Shown: positions 44,649 through 56,000 of the stretch, piece by piece
Numbering within the stretch: the stretch's first letter is position 1
Layout: the number at the start of each line of letters is the position of its first letter
From: a virus
Virus record (IMG/VR): IMGVR_UViG_3300025769_000090
Span: 11,240 to 75,239 of that record
DNA length: 64,000 nt
Direction: 5' to 3' (one strand)
Program-made: the position numbers and the translations under genes
Notes under the pieces: model-generated
Databases searched by the model: none
The model's input: only the letters and a program-made list of their open reading frames with translations
Told to the model about the DNA's origin: nothing

Positions 44649-45941
44649 ATGGCCGATTTTACAGATAGATTTTCGGGGAAGCAATATAGAGTTGCTACTT
44701 TTCTTGACCTTTCAGCTTCATTTGCTGCTGCCAGTGATAATAAAATAGACGGTAGAATTCATGAAGAATTTGAAGGAAAAGAGGCTATAGCAAAACTTCC
44801 TTTTAGAATTAAACAAGGAGACCAAGCCAAATTTTTTCCAGGATTACAAGATGGAACTAGTGATGGGGGAATTGAAACCGGTTCTGCTATCCACCCTATT
44901 AGAGATACCGAAAGAAAAATTATATATGTTCCTATTAAAAAGAAAAATTACCAAAAAAATCTTATAGGAGTAGGTTCACACATTTCATCAACATTTTCTT
45001 CAAATGCTTACTTACAGGTTAGTGCATCATTCGCACAAAAATTTTCGGGTATTAGTGATGATACAATAATTACATACTGCGTTGAAGAATTTTACAGCTC
45101 ACCTAGTGCTAGTAGAGCATCAGCTTTTGTAGGACAATTAACTGCTTCTTATGATATAAAAGCAAGCGGTTCAACTACAGCATCATTTTCCGCTATCCAT
45201 AGTGAAAGTTATAACCGTAATTTTGAATTCAGTTTCCCTACTGAAAATTTTATAACCCACTGGTCATTTAGATTTGCTGATGGAGCCTTCCCGGCATTTG
45301 TAACATCACAATACAGTTCATCTGTATTTCTTCCCTCAACCTTTGTAAGGTTTGATGGTTCTGGTACAAACACATCTTCTTTTGGTCTTACTGATAATCA
45401 ATTTATTGAGCCAAGTTCTGGTTCTCAAATAGCAAGAGGTATGACTAGAAACATCAATGGAACCAATACAGATGATGGCACATATACTCAATATGTTTTT
45501 AAAGGAATATTAAAAGGAGATGCAGACTCAGGTAGCTTATATGGTGATACTCAATTTATTGGAAACAATCAACTTATAATTTATCCCCCAACAACACCCG
45601 CTAATATAGCTAGCGCAAGTTTCCAATATCATGCTAGTGTTAGAAGAGCAGCTACTGGTTCATCTACAATTAAAACATTATATTTTTATTCGGGAAGTGG
45701 TGCTTCTTCACTTGCAGATTCAGACTATGGATTTTTCGTTACAGGAGGTATTCCCACGATCCCGGGTAATTGTCATAGTACTCCCCTACACTCGGATGCT
45801 GCTTTAAGGTTTGGTGCTGATACTGGTTTTTATAGCCCATCAGGATCACAATATTCATCTTCAATTTTTGCAACCACAGCAAGTGGGGTAACAAGTGGTA
45901 AAGGTCCCTTATTTGGCCAACTATATGAAACAGGAAATTAA
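44649..45941 (+). CDS. Ser-rich virion structural protein
   Basis: About 17 [ST]-[GAS]-S motifs; context. Confidence 0.7.
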   Translation: MADFTDRFSGKQYRVATFLDLSASFAAASDNKIDGRIHEEFEGKEAIAKLPFRIKQGDQAKFFPGLQDGTSDGGIETGSAIHPIRDTERKIIYVPIKKKNYQKNLIGVGSHISSTFSSNAYLQVSASFAQKFSGISDDTIITYCVEEFYSSPSASRASAFVGQLTASYDIKASGSTTASFSAIHSESYNRNFEFSFPTENFITHWSFRFADGAFPAFVTSQYSSSVFLPSTFVRFDGSGTNTSSFGLTDNQFIEPSSGSQIARGMTRNINGTNTDDGTYTQYVFKGILKGDADSGSLYGDTQFIGNNQLIIYPPTTPANIASASFQYHASVRRAATGSSTIKTLYFYSGSGASSLADSDYGFFVTGGIPTIPGNCHSTPLHSDAALRFGADTGFYSPSGSQYSSSIFATTASGVTSGKGPLFGQLYETGN

Positions 45942-45972
45942 TAAAACTATAACACAACAAAATACATAAGAT

Positions 45973-47997
45973 ATGGCAGATTGGAAAAAAGTATTAGTAT
46001 CGGGTTCCGATATACACATATCCTCGATAACGGCTTCTAATGTTCCTGAAGGCGCTTCAGGTGATAGAGTATTAGTCAGAACTACAGCTGATGGGGGATT
46101 CAAATCGGTTACCCAGGGCTCTATACAAGGAGTTACTGAAGCTACATTTCAAATCTCAGGTAGTGGCATTTTTGATACTGCTAGTTTTGATGGCACACAA
46201 GATGTTTTATTATTTACAGGAAGTGCCAATTCTGGATTATCAGTTGATGTATCAAAAGTTTCTGACCTTACAACAGTCACTGTAAACCTTCCCGAAGGTA
46301 CTATTAGTGGATCATCACAAATAACTTTATCAGAAACTAATGGGTTTACTACCTTTAGCCAATCATTAGCAACTGATATTAGTGGTAATTTAGGTAATAT
46401 TAATGCTGCCCTCGCCAGTATTACAGAATTAGAAAGTGAATTAGTAGATTTAAATGCTACTGCAAGTCTATTAATTGCCACATCTGAATCTGTAGCCAGT
46501 GATTTAAATGACCAATCACTTGATATCACTAACTTACAAAGTTCTATTGGTGCATTAGAAACCTTTTCATCTTCTGTAGTAGATGTTAGCCAAACAGGTA
46601 GTTTTGTAGTTTCTGCGTCTGTTTCAGGAACTCTTAATGAAATTGAACTTGAAGGTTTATCCAATTCAGGAATAAGAATAGGCCTTCCGGATAACGTCTC
46701 TATTCCTGGTATTTTAGAAGCACAGGCTATTGTCATTCAAGGTCAAGAACAAACCGAAACCGCAGCTGCTATAATATCAGGTAGTACATCATTTGGTACA
46801 TCTGGAACAAATAATACCCATAAATTTACGGGTTCATTAGAAATTACAGGCGGACTTAGTATAGATAATACTAACAATGATATTTCAATCAGTGAATTAA
46901 CTATAGACAATACAGTAGGAATATCAGACATAATTGCTAGATCAACTACAGACCAAACACTTCATACTGCAGGTACTGCTATAGGAACTGCTATCAGTGG
47001 AGCATTTAACGACTTATCTCAATCTTTTGCTCAAACTCTTACCGGTTTAACTACAACAACAACGACAACTAACGTAGCTGATATAACGGCGTTACAAGTT
47101 ACTAGTGAATCTTTAGTAAATAGCGCTTCCTTAGGTATTCGTCTTGAAGTTGATGGGGGTGGGGGTACAAGTATAAGTTTAGGTGAAACAGCTTCCTTTA
47201 CAGCCCAGAACACATTAAATGGACTTTCTGTTGATACAGTAGAACTATCTTCACCAACTAACGGGGTAAATATTAATTATATATTAAACCCTACAACTAT
47301 AGGTAATGCTATTGGAGCCTTCTCTGGATCACAACAATTACAAGATTTATTAGATGACGTTTACGTTCAACTTAGTGACATTCCTATTAGTGGTGCTCAA
47401 CAGTTAATTGATCTAGGTTTTATAACAGCAAGTAGCTTTACCGAATTATCAGATGTTCCTACGGGATTAATATCAGGTGTTGCTGCTAATTCAACGGGAG
47501 ATCAAGGTACTATTTTAATAAATGGTAATTCGGTTGCAATTAATAATTTAGGTACTGATGATAGTCCAACTTTCCAAAACTTAACAGTTACTAATAATTT
47601 AACTATTAATGGAGATTTAACTGCCCTCCAAGTAGATAATTTAAATATTGAAGATCAATTTATATTACTTAACAGTGGAGCAGGAGCAAATGAAAACGAT
47701 AAAGACGGTGGTATCATAGTAGATAATGGTGGAGGAAGTGGTTCTTTATTTATGTATGATTTTAACGCAAAAGCCTGGGGTTTTATAGGTGCTACTGATA
47801 ATAAAGTTCGTTTTGATGAAACATCTGATGCTGGTGGAGGTCAATCACCTGAAGTATATGTAGGTACTGTATCATCTTCTAATAACGGAATCGGATCAGG
47901 TCCTACAGATGCTCCTGCTTATGGATTAGATGCGTCAACCGCAAAAGGTCAAATTCATGTAAATACATCAGATAGTAGTATATGGATTTATGTTTAA
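45973..47997 (+). CDS. Fibre protein
   Basis: WKKVLVSGS start, coiled coil, THKFTGS, DQFILLNSG...DGGIIV C-terminal domain. Confidence 0.75.
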   Translation: MADWKKVLVSGSDIHISSITASNVPEGASGDRVLVRTTADGGFKSVTQGSIQGVTEATFQISGSGIFDTASFDGTQDVLLFTGSANSGLSVDVSKVSDLTTVTVNLPEGTISGSSQITLSETNGFTTFSQSLATDISGNLGNINAALASITELESELVDLNATASLLIATSESVASDLNDQSLDITNLQSSIGALETFSSSVVDVSQTGSFVVSASVSGTLNEIELEGLSNSGIRIGLPDNVSIPGILEAQAIVIQGQEQTETAAAIISGSTSFGTSGTNNTHKFTGSLEITGGLSIDNTNNDISISELTIDNTVGISDIIARSTTDQTLHTAGTAIGTAISGAFNDLSQSFAQTLTGLTTTTTTTNVADITALQVTSESLVNSASLGIRLEVDGGGGTSISLGETASFTAQNTLNGLSVDTVELSSPTNGVNINYILNPTTIGNAIGAFSGSQQLQDLLDDVYVQLSDIPISGAQQLIDLGFITASSFTELSDVPTGLISGVAANSTGDQGTILINGNSVAINNLGTDDSPTFQNLTVTNNLTINGDLTALQVDNLNIEDQFILLNSGAGANENDKDGGIIVDNGGGSGSLFMYDFNAKAWGFIGATDNKVRFDETSDAGGGQSPEVYVGTVSSSNNGIGSGPTDAPAYGLDASTAKGQIHVNTSDSSIWIYV

Positions 47998-48026
47998 TTA
48001 TAAAAAAACAAATTAACCCCTAAAAC

Positions 48027-50675
48027 ATGGCAGCGAATTTTCGTAAAATATTATTTTCTGGATCTAAAGTTGAAATAGCCCAAATTTCAGCTAGTAATAT
48101 ACCCGAAACTGCTTCATCTGCAGCTGAATTAGAGGTTTTAACTATTGACCCAAACACAGGTGAAGTTAGATTTATATCACAATCTGAACTACAAACCCCA
48201 AATGGAGATGTTACTTTTGGGATTAGTGGAAGTGATCTTACGGGTGTCCCATTTGATTCAAATGGTGAAAGATTATTAATTACAACTAACAATCCAGATT
48301 ACTTATCAACAAGTATTACTCCTGGGACTAATGCAGTTACTGCTAGCTTTAATATAGCAGATAATTTTATAACAGGATCTGGACAATTAAATGCTATTAA
48401 TTACAGTGTTAGCAGTTTTGGAATTGTTAGCCCAGCAGGTTCTCCTTCTGATTTTAGAACAGCTTTTCACACCCCCATTGTAGGTCATTCTGCATTTGGG
48501 TTTGGAAACCCCCAAGTAGGGTCTATTTTACATAATACAAACGCTATACAAGAGATCACTACTAACCCCACAGTGGTCACTTTAACTGATGGAATACTTA
48601 GTAAAGTAATTAATGATGGTCCTTATACAGCTAGTATTCAAAACCTTTGGTTTAATCCTCTTTCAACTACAGATTCAACACCGGTATCAAATGCTTCAAT
48701 TAGCAATTTAAACCCTGATACACTCACCGCCAATAGAGATAACTATGCATGGTTATCAGCAAGTTTAATAGGTGGATTTACACAAGGTGGTGTTCCATCA
48801 CTTTCAGCATCATTTGTAGCATTTACTTCAAGTCTTGCTACTAATTCATCATCTATAGGCATTCTTCAAGGAAGTTCTAGCAATATTACTGGTACTACTA
48901 GTAGTATGGCTTTAAATGAATTTACTTCTAGTTTTTTAAGAGTACTTAAACCTAAAAGAATTTTATCATCCTTCCACAACGCTAACATAAGTCAAGTTAC
49001 AATTGTTGATGAAACTAGCAATGATGGTACAGATCCAGATGTTTTACCCCAAGGAAGAATCCTCCAAATAGGAGGTACAGTACCCGCAACAAGCCCTCTA
49101 GGTAATTTCCTCCCAGATGCCAGACACCTTACAATTTCGGGAACATTTACTGCTAATGATTTAATATTAAATGCTAATGGTATTATTTTAGAGCAAATGG
49201 ATGTTGCTTCTTTTTCTGGCAGCATTAATTATGGTACTAGCAGTCTTCATACTCATAGATTTATAGGAAATACATTTATAACTGGTGGTGGGGTAAGTGT
49301 AACAGGCCCGCTTTCTATACAAGCTTCTCTTCCTTTAGAAGATGATGTAACATTAGATAATCCAGTACAAATTTTAGTAAGGTCTGGATCTAATAATATT
49401 CTTAGAGCTACTACAATAAACAGCGCTAATAGTATTATAGATAATGAAATAAGGTCTACAGCTACTATAACTTCATTGTCGTTTGAAGACCGCGTCGAAA
49501 CCATTCAAGATAATATTGATTTAGCCCCAGGTCAGGCATCTAGTATCCACCTGTTACAATCTGGTTCTAATGATTTAACCGGTTCTTATTCGCGAGGGAT
49601 ATTTTTTAGTACTGCCTCTAACCAAGCTAGTAGTCTTATAGAGAACAGTGATGGATCTACATTAGGTTTTGTCACTCACACAGCTTCATTTAGTGCTAGT
49701 ATTGCTATAGGACCAAACACCGACCACACAGTTGATACTAATATATTTACAGTTTCCCATTCTTTAGCAAATAATATATCATCTATACAGTATATTTTTA
49801 ATACGTCATCGTTTATAAGTGCTACAAATATTATTACTGCTAGTCAATTTATTACTGACACTATTAATGATTTAGATAGATATGGAAAGCAAGTAAGTTT
49901 AATATTAACCCAAAGCAATACTGCAGGTAATATATTATATATAGCTGATTTAGCTACTAATTTAACTGATGGAACAGGAAAACATTTCTTAACAGGAGCA
50001 GGATCATTTAATAGTCTTTTAGACGTTACAGATGTTTCTGTAAATGAACTCATATTTAACCAATTTACTACGACGGACCAAGGTAGTATTGTTTTTGATT
50101 TAAGCCCTGATCCAAGTAATTTTGTTCCAGGCAATGTTGCAGTGTCCTTTAAAGACTTGCAAAATACTAATTCTCCACAATTTACTAATTTAACAATAGG
50201 TACAGATCCTGTTACTGACCCTGGTAATTTAACAGTTAATGGTTCCCTTGTTAAAATTAATAAAAGTAATCTTAATATTAAAGACCAATTTATATTAATT
50301 AATAGTGGTACACTTCCTGGAACTTTTGTAAATATAGACAATGACCCTGATGGTGGTATTATAGTAGGAAACGGAAATAACAGTGGTTCTATGTTTATGT
50401 TTGATAATACACATAATCGATGGGGCTTTATAGGAGCAGACGGTAATAATTTACAAGCTTTAGATGTTGAGTCTAACGAGGATAATACTTTAACCCCAAA
50501 ACTTGGAGTTAGAGTAACAGTTTTCAACACAGAAAAATTTAATGCTGATGGAACCCCTATAGATATTAATGAATTTGAATATGGTAATAGTGATCAAAAC
50601 ACTCAACTAGGTATAATGGCTGTATGTAATGATGTAACTAAAAACCCTGATAGAGATGTGTATATATACGCTTAA
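48027..50675 (+). CDS. Fibre protein, paralog of 45973-47997
   Basis: FRKILFSGS start, THRFIG, DQFILINSG...DGGIIV. Confidence 0.75.
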   Translation: MAANFRKILFSGSKVEIAQISASNIPETASSAAELEVLTIDPNTGEVRFISQSELQTPNGDVTFGISGSDLTGVPFDSNGERLLITTNNPDYLSTSITPGTNAVTASFNIADNFITGSGQLNAINYSVSSFGIVSPAGSPSDFRTAFHTPIVGHSAFGFGNPQVGSILHNTNAIQEITTNPTVVTLTDGILSKVINDGPYTASIQNLWFNPLSTTDSTPVSNASISNLNPDTLTANRDNYAWLSASLIGGFTQGGVPSLSASFVAFTSSLATNSSSIGILQGSSSNITGTTSSMALNEFTSSFLRVLKPKRILSSFHNANISQVTIVDETSNDGTDPDVLPQGRILQIGGTVPATSPLGNFLPDARHLTISGTFTANDLILNANGIILEQMDVASFSGSINYGTSSLHTHRFIGNTFITGGGVSVTGPLSIQASLPLEDDVTLDNPVQILVRSGSNNILRATTINSANSIIDNEIRSTATITSLSFEDRVETIQDNIDLAPGQASSIHLLQSGSNDLTGSYSRGIFFSTASNQASSLIENSDGSTLGFVTHTASFSASIAIGPNTDHTVDTNIFTVSHSLANNISSIQYIFNTSSFISATNIITASQFITDTINDLDRYGKQVSLILTQSNTAGNILYIADLATNLTDGTGKHFLTGAGSFNSLLDVTDVSVNELIFNQFTTTDQGSIVFDLSPDPSNFVPGNVAVSFKDLQNTNSPQFTNLTIGTDPVTDPGNLTVNGSLVKINKSNLNIKDQFILINSGTLPGTFVNIDNDPDGGIIVGNGNNSGSMFMFDNTHNRWGFIGADGNNLQALDVESNEDNTLTPKLGVRVTVFNTEKFNADGTPIDINEFEYGNSDQNTQLGIMAVCNDVTKNPDRDVYIYA

Positions 50676-50693
50676 AGCAAATTAATAAAAATT

Positions 50694-50720
50694 AAGCATC
50701 TATTTGGGTGCTTTTTTTTT
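50694..50720 (+). terminator. Intrinsic terminator
   Basis: AAGCATCT-attt-GGGTGCTT (with G-U pairs) followed by a T run. Confidence 0.7.
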
Positions 50721-50755
50721 ATTTACTACAATAATAAAAACTAAAATTAATAATA

Positions 50756-50911
50756 ATGTTGCAAATTAAATTAACCCCTCAAGAAATTCAAGTTAGTATA
50801 GCTGCTATTAACAATATCCAAATTACTGGTAAAGATGCTCATACAGTATCTGATCTATTAAGAAAATATGAAAATACTTTAGCTAATTTTAAACCAGTTA
50901 AAGCCGGATAA
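50756..50911 (+). CDS. 51-aa protein, paralog of 44417-44644 (absent from the ORF track)
   Basis: MLQIKLTPQEIQVSIAAINNIQITGKDAHTVSDLLRKYENTLANFKPVKAG*. Confidence 0.75.
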   Translation: MLQIKLTPQEIQVSIAAINNIQITGKDAHTVSDLLRKYENTLANFKPVKAG

Positions 50912-50918
50912 TATTTAT
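50912..50918 (+). promoter_or_regulatory. Putative late promoter TATTTAT
   Basis: Directly upstream of the structured leader. Confidence 0.55.
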
Positions 50919-50925
50919 TATCAGT

Positions 50926-50982
50926 CTATTATTGGCCCGAAAGGGAAGTAGGCAGCAATAGTGCTGTATCTAACCGTAGTAG
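50926..50982 (+). ncRNA. Candidate three-way-junction cis-regulatory RNA
   Basis: P1 CUAUUAUUGG/CCGUAGUAG, P2 CCC-GAAA-GGG, P3 UAGGCAGCA-AUAG-UGCUG(UA)UCUA; GC-rich island in an AT-rich spacer. Confidence 0.55.
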
Positions 50983-50993
50983 TAAAATAAAAT

Positions 50994-51437
50994 ATGCCAA
51001 ACTGGAAAAAAGTCATTGTATCCGGCAGTAATGCCGTATTAAATAACGTAACAGCTAGTGGGGATATTTCGGCTAGTGGAAATATTTTTACAACTGATAT
51101 CTCAGCTAGAGGAAACATTTCTACAACTACTATTTCAACGTTAGAATCTGGTCCTCTTGGAACCGATGCCCCTACTCGGGTAGATTTATATAATACTTCG
51201 CAATATACTGGCGCTATATACGATTATATCCTAGTAGACAGTACCGTCGGTGCCCGTACAGGGCAATTCATGGTAGTGCACGATAATGGCCTACTTACAT
51301 TTACAGATACTTCTACTAAACATTTATCTGACAATATAGTCCCTGAAATTTCAGCATCGTTTAGTTCTACAGATGTTGAAATATATATCGTAAATGGTGA
51401 TGGATATACGTTTAAATCATTTACTAAAAAGTTATAA
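50994..51437 (+). CDS. Short fibre-associated protein
   Basis: MPNWKKVIVSGS start shared with 45973 and 48027; VTASGDISASG. Confidence 0.75.
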   Translation: MPNWKKVIVSGSNAVLNNVTASGDISASGNIFTTDISARGNISTTTISTLESGPLGTDAPTRVDLYNTSQYTGAIYDYILVDSTVGARTGQFMVVHDNGLLTFTDTSTKHLSDNIVPEISASFSSTDVEIYIVNGDGYTFKSFTKKL

Positions 51438-51440
51438 TAA

Positions 51441-52208
51441 ATGGCATTTTTCTTTTCCCCTAAAATAGTAACAAATGGATTAGTACTTGCTTTAGACGCA
51501 GCAAATAATAAATCATATCCGGGCAATGGAATTACATGGAGTGATTTATCAGGCAATGGGTATACTGGAACATTAGAAAATGGTGTAATTTGGGAACCCG
51601 AAAATGGTGGTTATTGGAACTTAAGCAGTAGCAATATACCCGAAAACGCCCACTTAAGTATGCCTTATGATTCTTACTGGGATGATAATGTATTTGGCAA
51701 TGCTACTAATTTTACAATTTCATGCTGGACCCAATGTGATAAAGATGATTTTTATGATTGGTCTACTATAATACAAAAATCTGGTAATGGGACTAATTAT
51801 AGTAATTCTGAGGGCGCTAGTTTATGGGCTAGGTCAGGTTCAGCAGGTAATGAAGGCAGATTTCAAGCAGTATTTGGCAATGGTCAATTAGGTAACCCCG
51901 CGGGTTCTTCATCAATCCTTACATATAATGTTACAGATGCGTCTCAGTGGCATAATTTAGCATTTACGGGAGAAGGCTCTGCCGGTACTGGTACATTAAA
52001 ATTTTATGTTAATGGTGTTGAAGAAGGTTCAGACAGCATTCCTACAAGAACTGTAGTAGAAACTAACACAAACCCTATTGCATTTGGCCGAAGAGGAAGT
52101 AGTCTAGATTATTTAGGTAAAATATCTAATGTGTATTTATATACGAGAGCCCTCTCACCTACGGAAGTTCTTCAAAACTATAACGCACTTAAATCAAGAT
52201 TCACTTAA
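51441..52208 (+). CDS. LamG/ConA-like lectin-fold virion protein
   Basis: GLVLALDAAN..SYPG, FTISCW, WHNLAF, YVNG, YTRALSPTEVLQNYN. Confidence 0.85.
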   Translation: MAFFFSPKIVTNGLVLALDAANNKSYPGNGITWSDLSGNGYTGTLENGVIWEPENGGYWNLSSSNIPENAHLSMPYDSYWDDNVFGNATNFTISCWTQCDKDDFYDWSTIIQKSGNGTNYSNSEGASLWARSGSAGNEGRFQAVFGNGQLGNPAGSSSILTYNVTDASQWHNLAFTGEGSAGTGTLKFYVNGVEEGSDSIPTRTVVETNTNPIAFGRRGSSLDYLGKISNVYLYTRALSPTEVLQNYNALKSRFT

Positions 52209-52210
52209 TT

Positions 52211-52990
52211 ATGGCAACATTCGGAGGACCACGACCAATAGTATCGGATGGATTAGTATTTACTTTAGATGCTGCTAACGTTAAGTCATATCCTGGTAAT
52301 GGAAACACAGTAACAGACCTAATCAACGATAATGATGGAACCATTCAAAATAGTCCTACATTTATATCATCCGAAAACCAAGGGGTATTTTCATTTGACG
52401 GGCAAGATGACCATATAATCCTTGCTCCTATTCACGGTGGTAATGATGATAATAACAATTATGCATGGACAGCAGATAATAGTGTAGGGAGTAATACATT
52501 TTGTTATGAAGTATGGTTTAAAGGAACTGATACTGTGGGTGAAATAATTTCTAAACCTTGGAATGGTAGTGGGAGATATAACTTTAGAGTTGATGATGGG
52601 AGATTTAACCTCCTCACAGGTAATGGAGGTGCCCCTGAAGATTCTGATTCATCTAATAATCTTAATTTTGACTCCAGTATTGCCGATGGAAATTGGCACC
52701 AACTAGTTATATGGGCTAATAGTACACAAATGGGATACTATATCGATGGAAATAGTTCATCCGATTCTGAAGACCATAACCTTACAGGAGGTATTTCTAA
52801 TGCGGGAAATAATAGATTACCCTTAATACTAGCGACATTATATGCTTATGGGGATGGAGCATCTACTTGGCCTCAACCTACCCATGCTGTAGAAGGTAAA
52901 GTCGGTATTTTTAGAAAATATAGTAAAGTACTCTCAGCATCTGAAGTACTTCAAAATTATAATGCAATTAAGCCAAGATTTAGCCTTTAA
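52211..52990 (+). CDS. LamG/ConA-like lectin-fold virion protein, paralog of the previous gene
   Basis: GLVFTLDAAN..SYPG, YEVWFK, WHQLV, YIDG, LSASEVLQNYN. Confidence 0.85.
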   Translation: MATFGGPRPIVSDGLVFTLDAANVKSYPGNGNTVTDLINDNDGTIQNSPTFISSENQGVFSFDGQDDHIILAPIHGGNDDNNNYAWTADNSVGSNTFCYEVWFKGTDTVGEIISKPWNGSGRYNFRVDDGRFNLLTGNGGAPEDSDSSNNLNFDSSIADGNWHQLVIWANSTQMGYYIDGNSSSDSEDHNLTGGISNAGNNRLPLILATLYAYGDGASTWPQPTHAVEGKVGIFRKYSKVLSASEVLQNYNAIKPRFSL

Positions 52991-52994
52991 TCTA

Positions 52995-53031
52995 TATTTA
53001 TAATTGTCACCTTTTGGACAGTGAAAAAAGG
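52995..53031 (+). promoter_or_regulatory. Late promoter plus leader hairpin of the long fibre gene
   Basis: TATTTAT 52995-53001; CCTTTT-GGACAGTGAA-AAAAGG 53010-53031. Confidence 0.5.
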
Positions 53032-53039
53032 CATAACTT

Positions 53040-56000
53040 ATGGCAAACGAATTTATAGCAAGAAAAGGGCTAATTGCCCTTAATAACTCCAGTATATCTG
53101 GGAGTTTAGGTGTAACTGGAAGTTTTACGGTTGAAAAAAGCGGATCAACTGTATTTGAAGTAGTAGGATCTACAGGTCAATTATTTTCCATTGAAGATAA
53201 CATGCAAGGTTCACTCTTTGCAGTTTCTGATATCTCAGGATTACCAATTTTAGAAGTATTCTCAGACGATAAAATAATAGCAGGCGCTTATGGGAAAAAT
53301 ACTTTTGTAGTAAATGACGATAAAGTTGGTATAGGAACCACATCACCGGGTTCATTATTATCATTAGCTAAAAGTGATGCCACTGTATATGATAGTACTG
53401 ATGATGATGGTCAGAGAAATGTTGGTCCTACTATTTTATTAGAAAATACTAGCTCTGTTAATAATACGTTTGGTCAAATATTATTTGATTCAGACGATTC
53501 AAATCAAGGTATAGCAAGAATAGCATTCTTAGATACGGGTGAGGCAAGTACTGATATAGCTTTTGTTACTGAACATATTAATAATAAATCAGAAAAACTA
53601 AGAATTGCTAGTAATGGTAAAGTAGGTATTGGAATCGATGGTCCGGCTAGTAGATTGCATGTATTTGAGGATAGTGCTACTACTAGTACAGGTGCTGGCA
53701 TTACAATAGAAAATGATGGAGCCGGCGACGCGGTGTTACAGTTTTTGTTAACTGGTACTAAGAGATGGGTAACAGGTATTGATAATTCGGACGGAGATAA
53801 ATTTAAAATAGCATCTTCTGCAGATTTAGCGTCTGCTGCGAGATTTATTATAGATGGCGGCACTGGCAATGTAGGTATTGCATATAATTCTCCTTCCAAC
53901 AAATTACACGTAAGTGGAAATATTGCTTTAAGAGCAAATACCTTCTCAGGCAGTGAAGATTTTAGCAATATCATAGGAACCCGAGGAAGAACCTTTATTA
54001 AAGATGTTATTGCGGATGCTTCATACGAAGATACTCCCTTCATTAACACTGAAACTTTTAATGCATTTGCAGGTGCAGATAAATGGGCTGCTATTACAGC
54101 ATCTAATGTATATAATAGTTATGTAGGTAGTGACCCCCCAGACTCTTATACTGAAGGTAATCTTCAACCTGAAGATCTCCGAGAATCAAGCATATATAAA
54201 AACTCTTATAAACAAATGTTTAGAGTTGGGGGTACTACTTTCCAACCATATTTTTCTGAATCTATACAAGGTAATGATTTAGATGAAATAGTAATTGAAA
54301 TAGATCATACTGATGAACCACTAAAACATCATTCTTTAGTAGGTATACAATTTACTCACCCTAACTGGAGAGCCAGAAGAGTTAAAATCGAAGCCTATAC
54401 AGGATCTAACGTTTCACCCGGGTGGGTTACAGGATTAGATATTAATAATCACAATGAAGCTACATTAGCTGCTCAGATTAATGGGGCTAACCTAGGTATA
54501 CAAAAGACTAAATTTACCCTAGGTAGACCACTAAATAGTGGTAGTTACAATTATATAAGAATCGCCAAAATATTTGGTTACGATTTTAAAGGAGTTAGTT
54601 CTGGGGAAAACGATGCAGTTAAAACTGGCACGTATTACTTAGGTAAACACGATGATTCCGCACATTATGGTACTATATACCCAGCATCTGGAAATGTAGA
54701 TTTAGGTAAAAGTAGTGACGTATATGCAAGAATTTACGCTGATACGAGTTCACTTAATAGAATCGAGCATAATGGTGATAGTGATACATTTATGCAGTTT
54801 GATAATGATCACATCCAGTTTAACGCTGGAGGTGTTCAAATGCTAACTATTAATGAAAGTGGTGGTGGTCAGGATAAGATTATTATTAACCAAGATGCTG
54901 CAGATGTTGATTTTAAAGTAGAAAGTGTAGGCGATAGTACCCTCCTATATACTGTAGGATCAACTAATAGAGTTGGTATTGGTACTGATTCTCCAGGCGA
55001 AAAATTAGAAGTAAACGGTAATGTTTCTGTACTGGGTGATATAACAGCAAGCGGGGCTATCAATGCTGATGTATTGACATTAGCAGGTACTTCAATTATA
55101 GAAAATCAAATACTTATAATTTCAAGCAGCAATATATTTGGTGATACTCCCTCCGACACCCACGAATTTAATGGTAATATAACAGCATCTGGTAATATAA
55201 GTGCAAGTGGAGATATAATAGCTAACGGAGGTAACTTTAACGATGATATTACTATAGATAGTGGTGATATTACTATAGATAGTGGTAGTTTTAGAGTAAA
55301 TACCTTTAATGAGGGTTTACAATTTTATAATGGATCAAATTATACTAGTAATAGAATAATACTTTCGACTGCTCAGAATATGCAATTTATAGCTGGTAAT
55401 GTATTCCAGTTTTATACAACGGTAGAAATATTAAATAGCAGTAGTCTTACATTTAGAAATCAAGGTAACTCAGCTAATATTAAAATCCGCAATGCAGGTT
55501 CAGGATCTAATTTTTCTAGGTTAGATATTCAAAATTCTGGTCCCCTATCTAATGTATTAATGTCAGTTAGTTCTTCGGGCAACGTTGGTATAGGAACTAC
55601 TACACCCGCAGAAAAATTAACAGTATCAGGTAATATAAGTGCAAGTGGTGAAATAAGAGGCCAAAAACTTATAGCTGATTTTGATGGTTCTACTGGAGGG
55701 CTTAGATTTATCGATCCTGACGATGGGAATATAAATGACAATAGAATAACTTTATCGTCGGCGAAAAACATGCAGTTTAAAGCTGATGGGGTTTTCCAAT
55801 TCTCTAATGGTCATGTTCAGGTACTTAAAGGAAATCAACTCACCCTTAGTGATGAAGATAATCAATCTAAATTTAAGATCCAAAACATTTCCCCAAACAC
55901 AGGGTCTGGTGATGAAAATAATATAACATTATCCGTTAAAAATGAATCTGGTACTTCACTCCTTAGAATATCTGGTTCAGGCAATACAAATTTAGCAGGT

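Noticed and set aside
50926-50982. Hammerhead ribozyme or c-di-GMP-I riboswitch
   Set aside because: Lacks the CUGAnGA core and the GEMM consensus; kept as an unassigned structured RNA.
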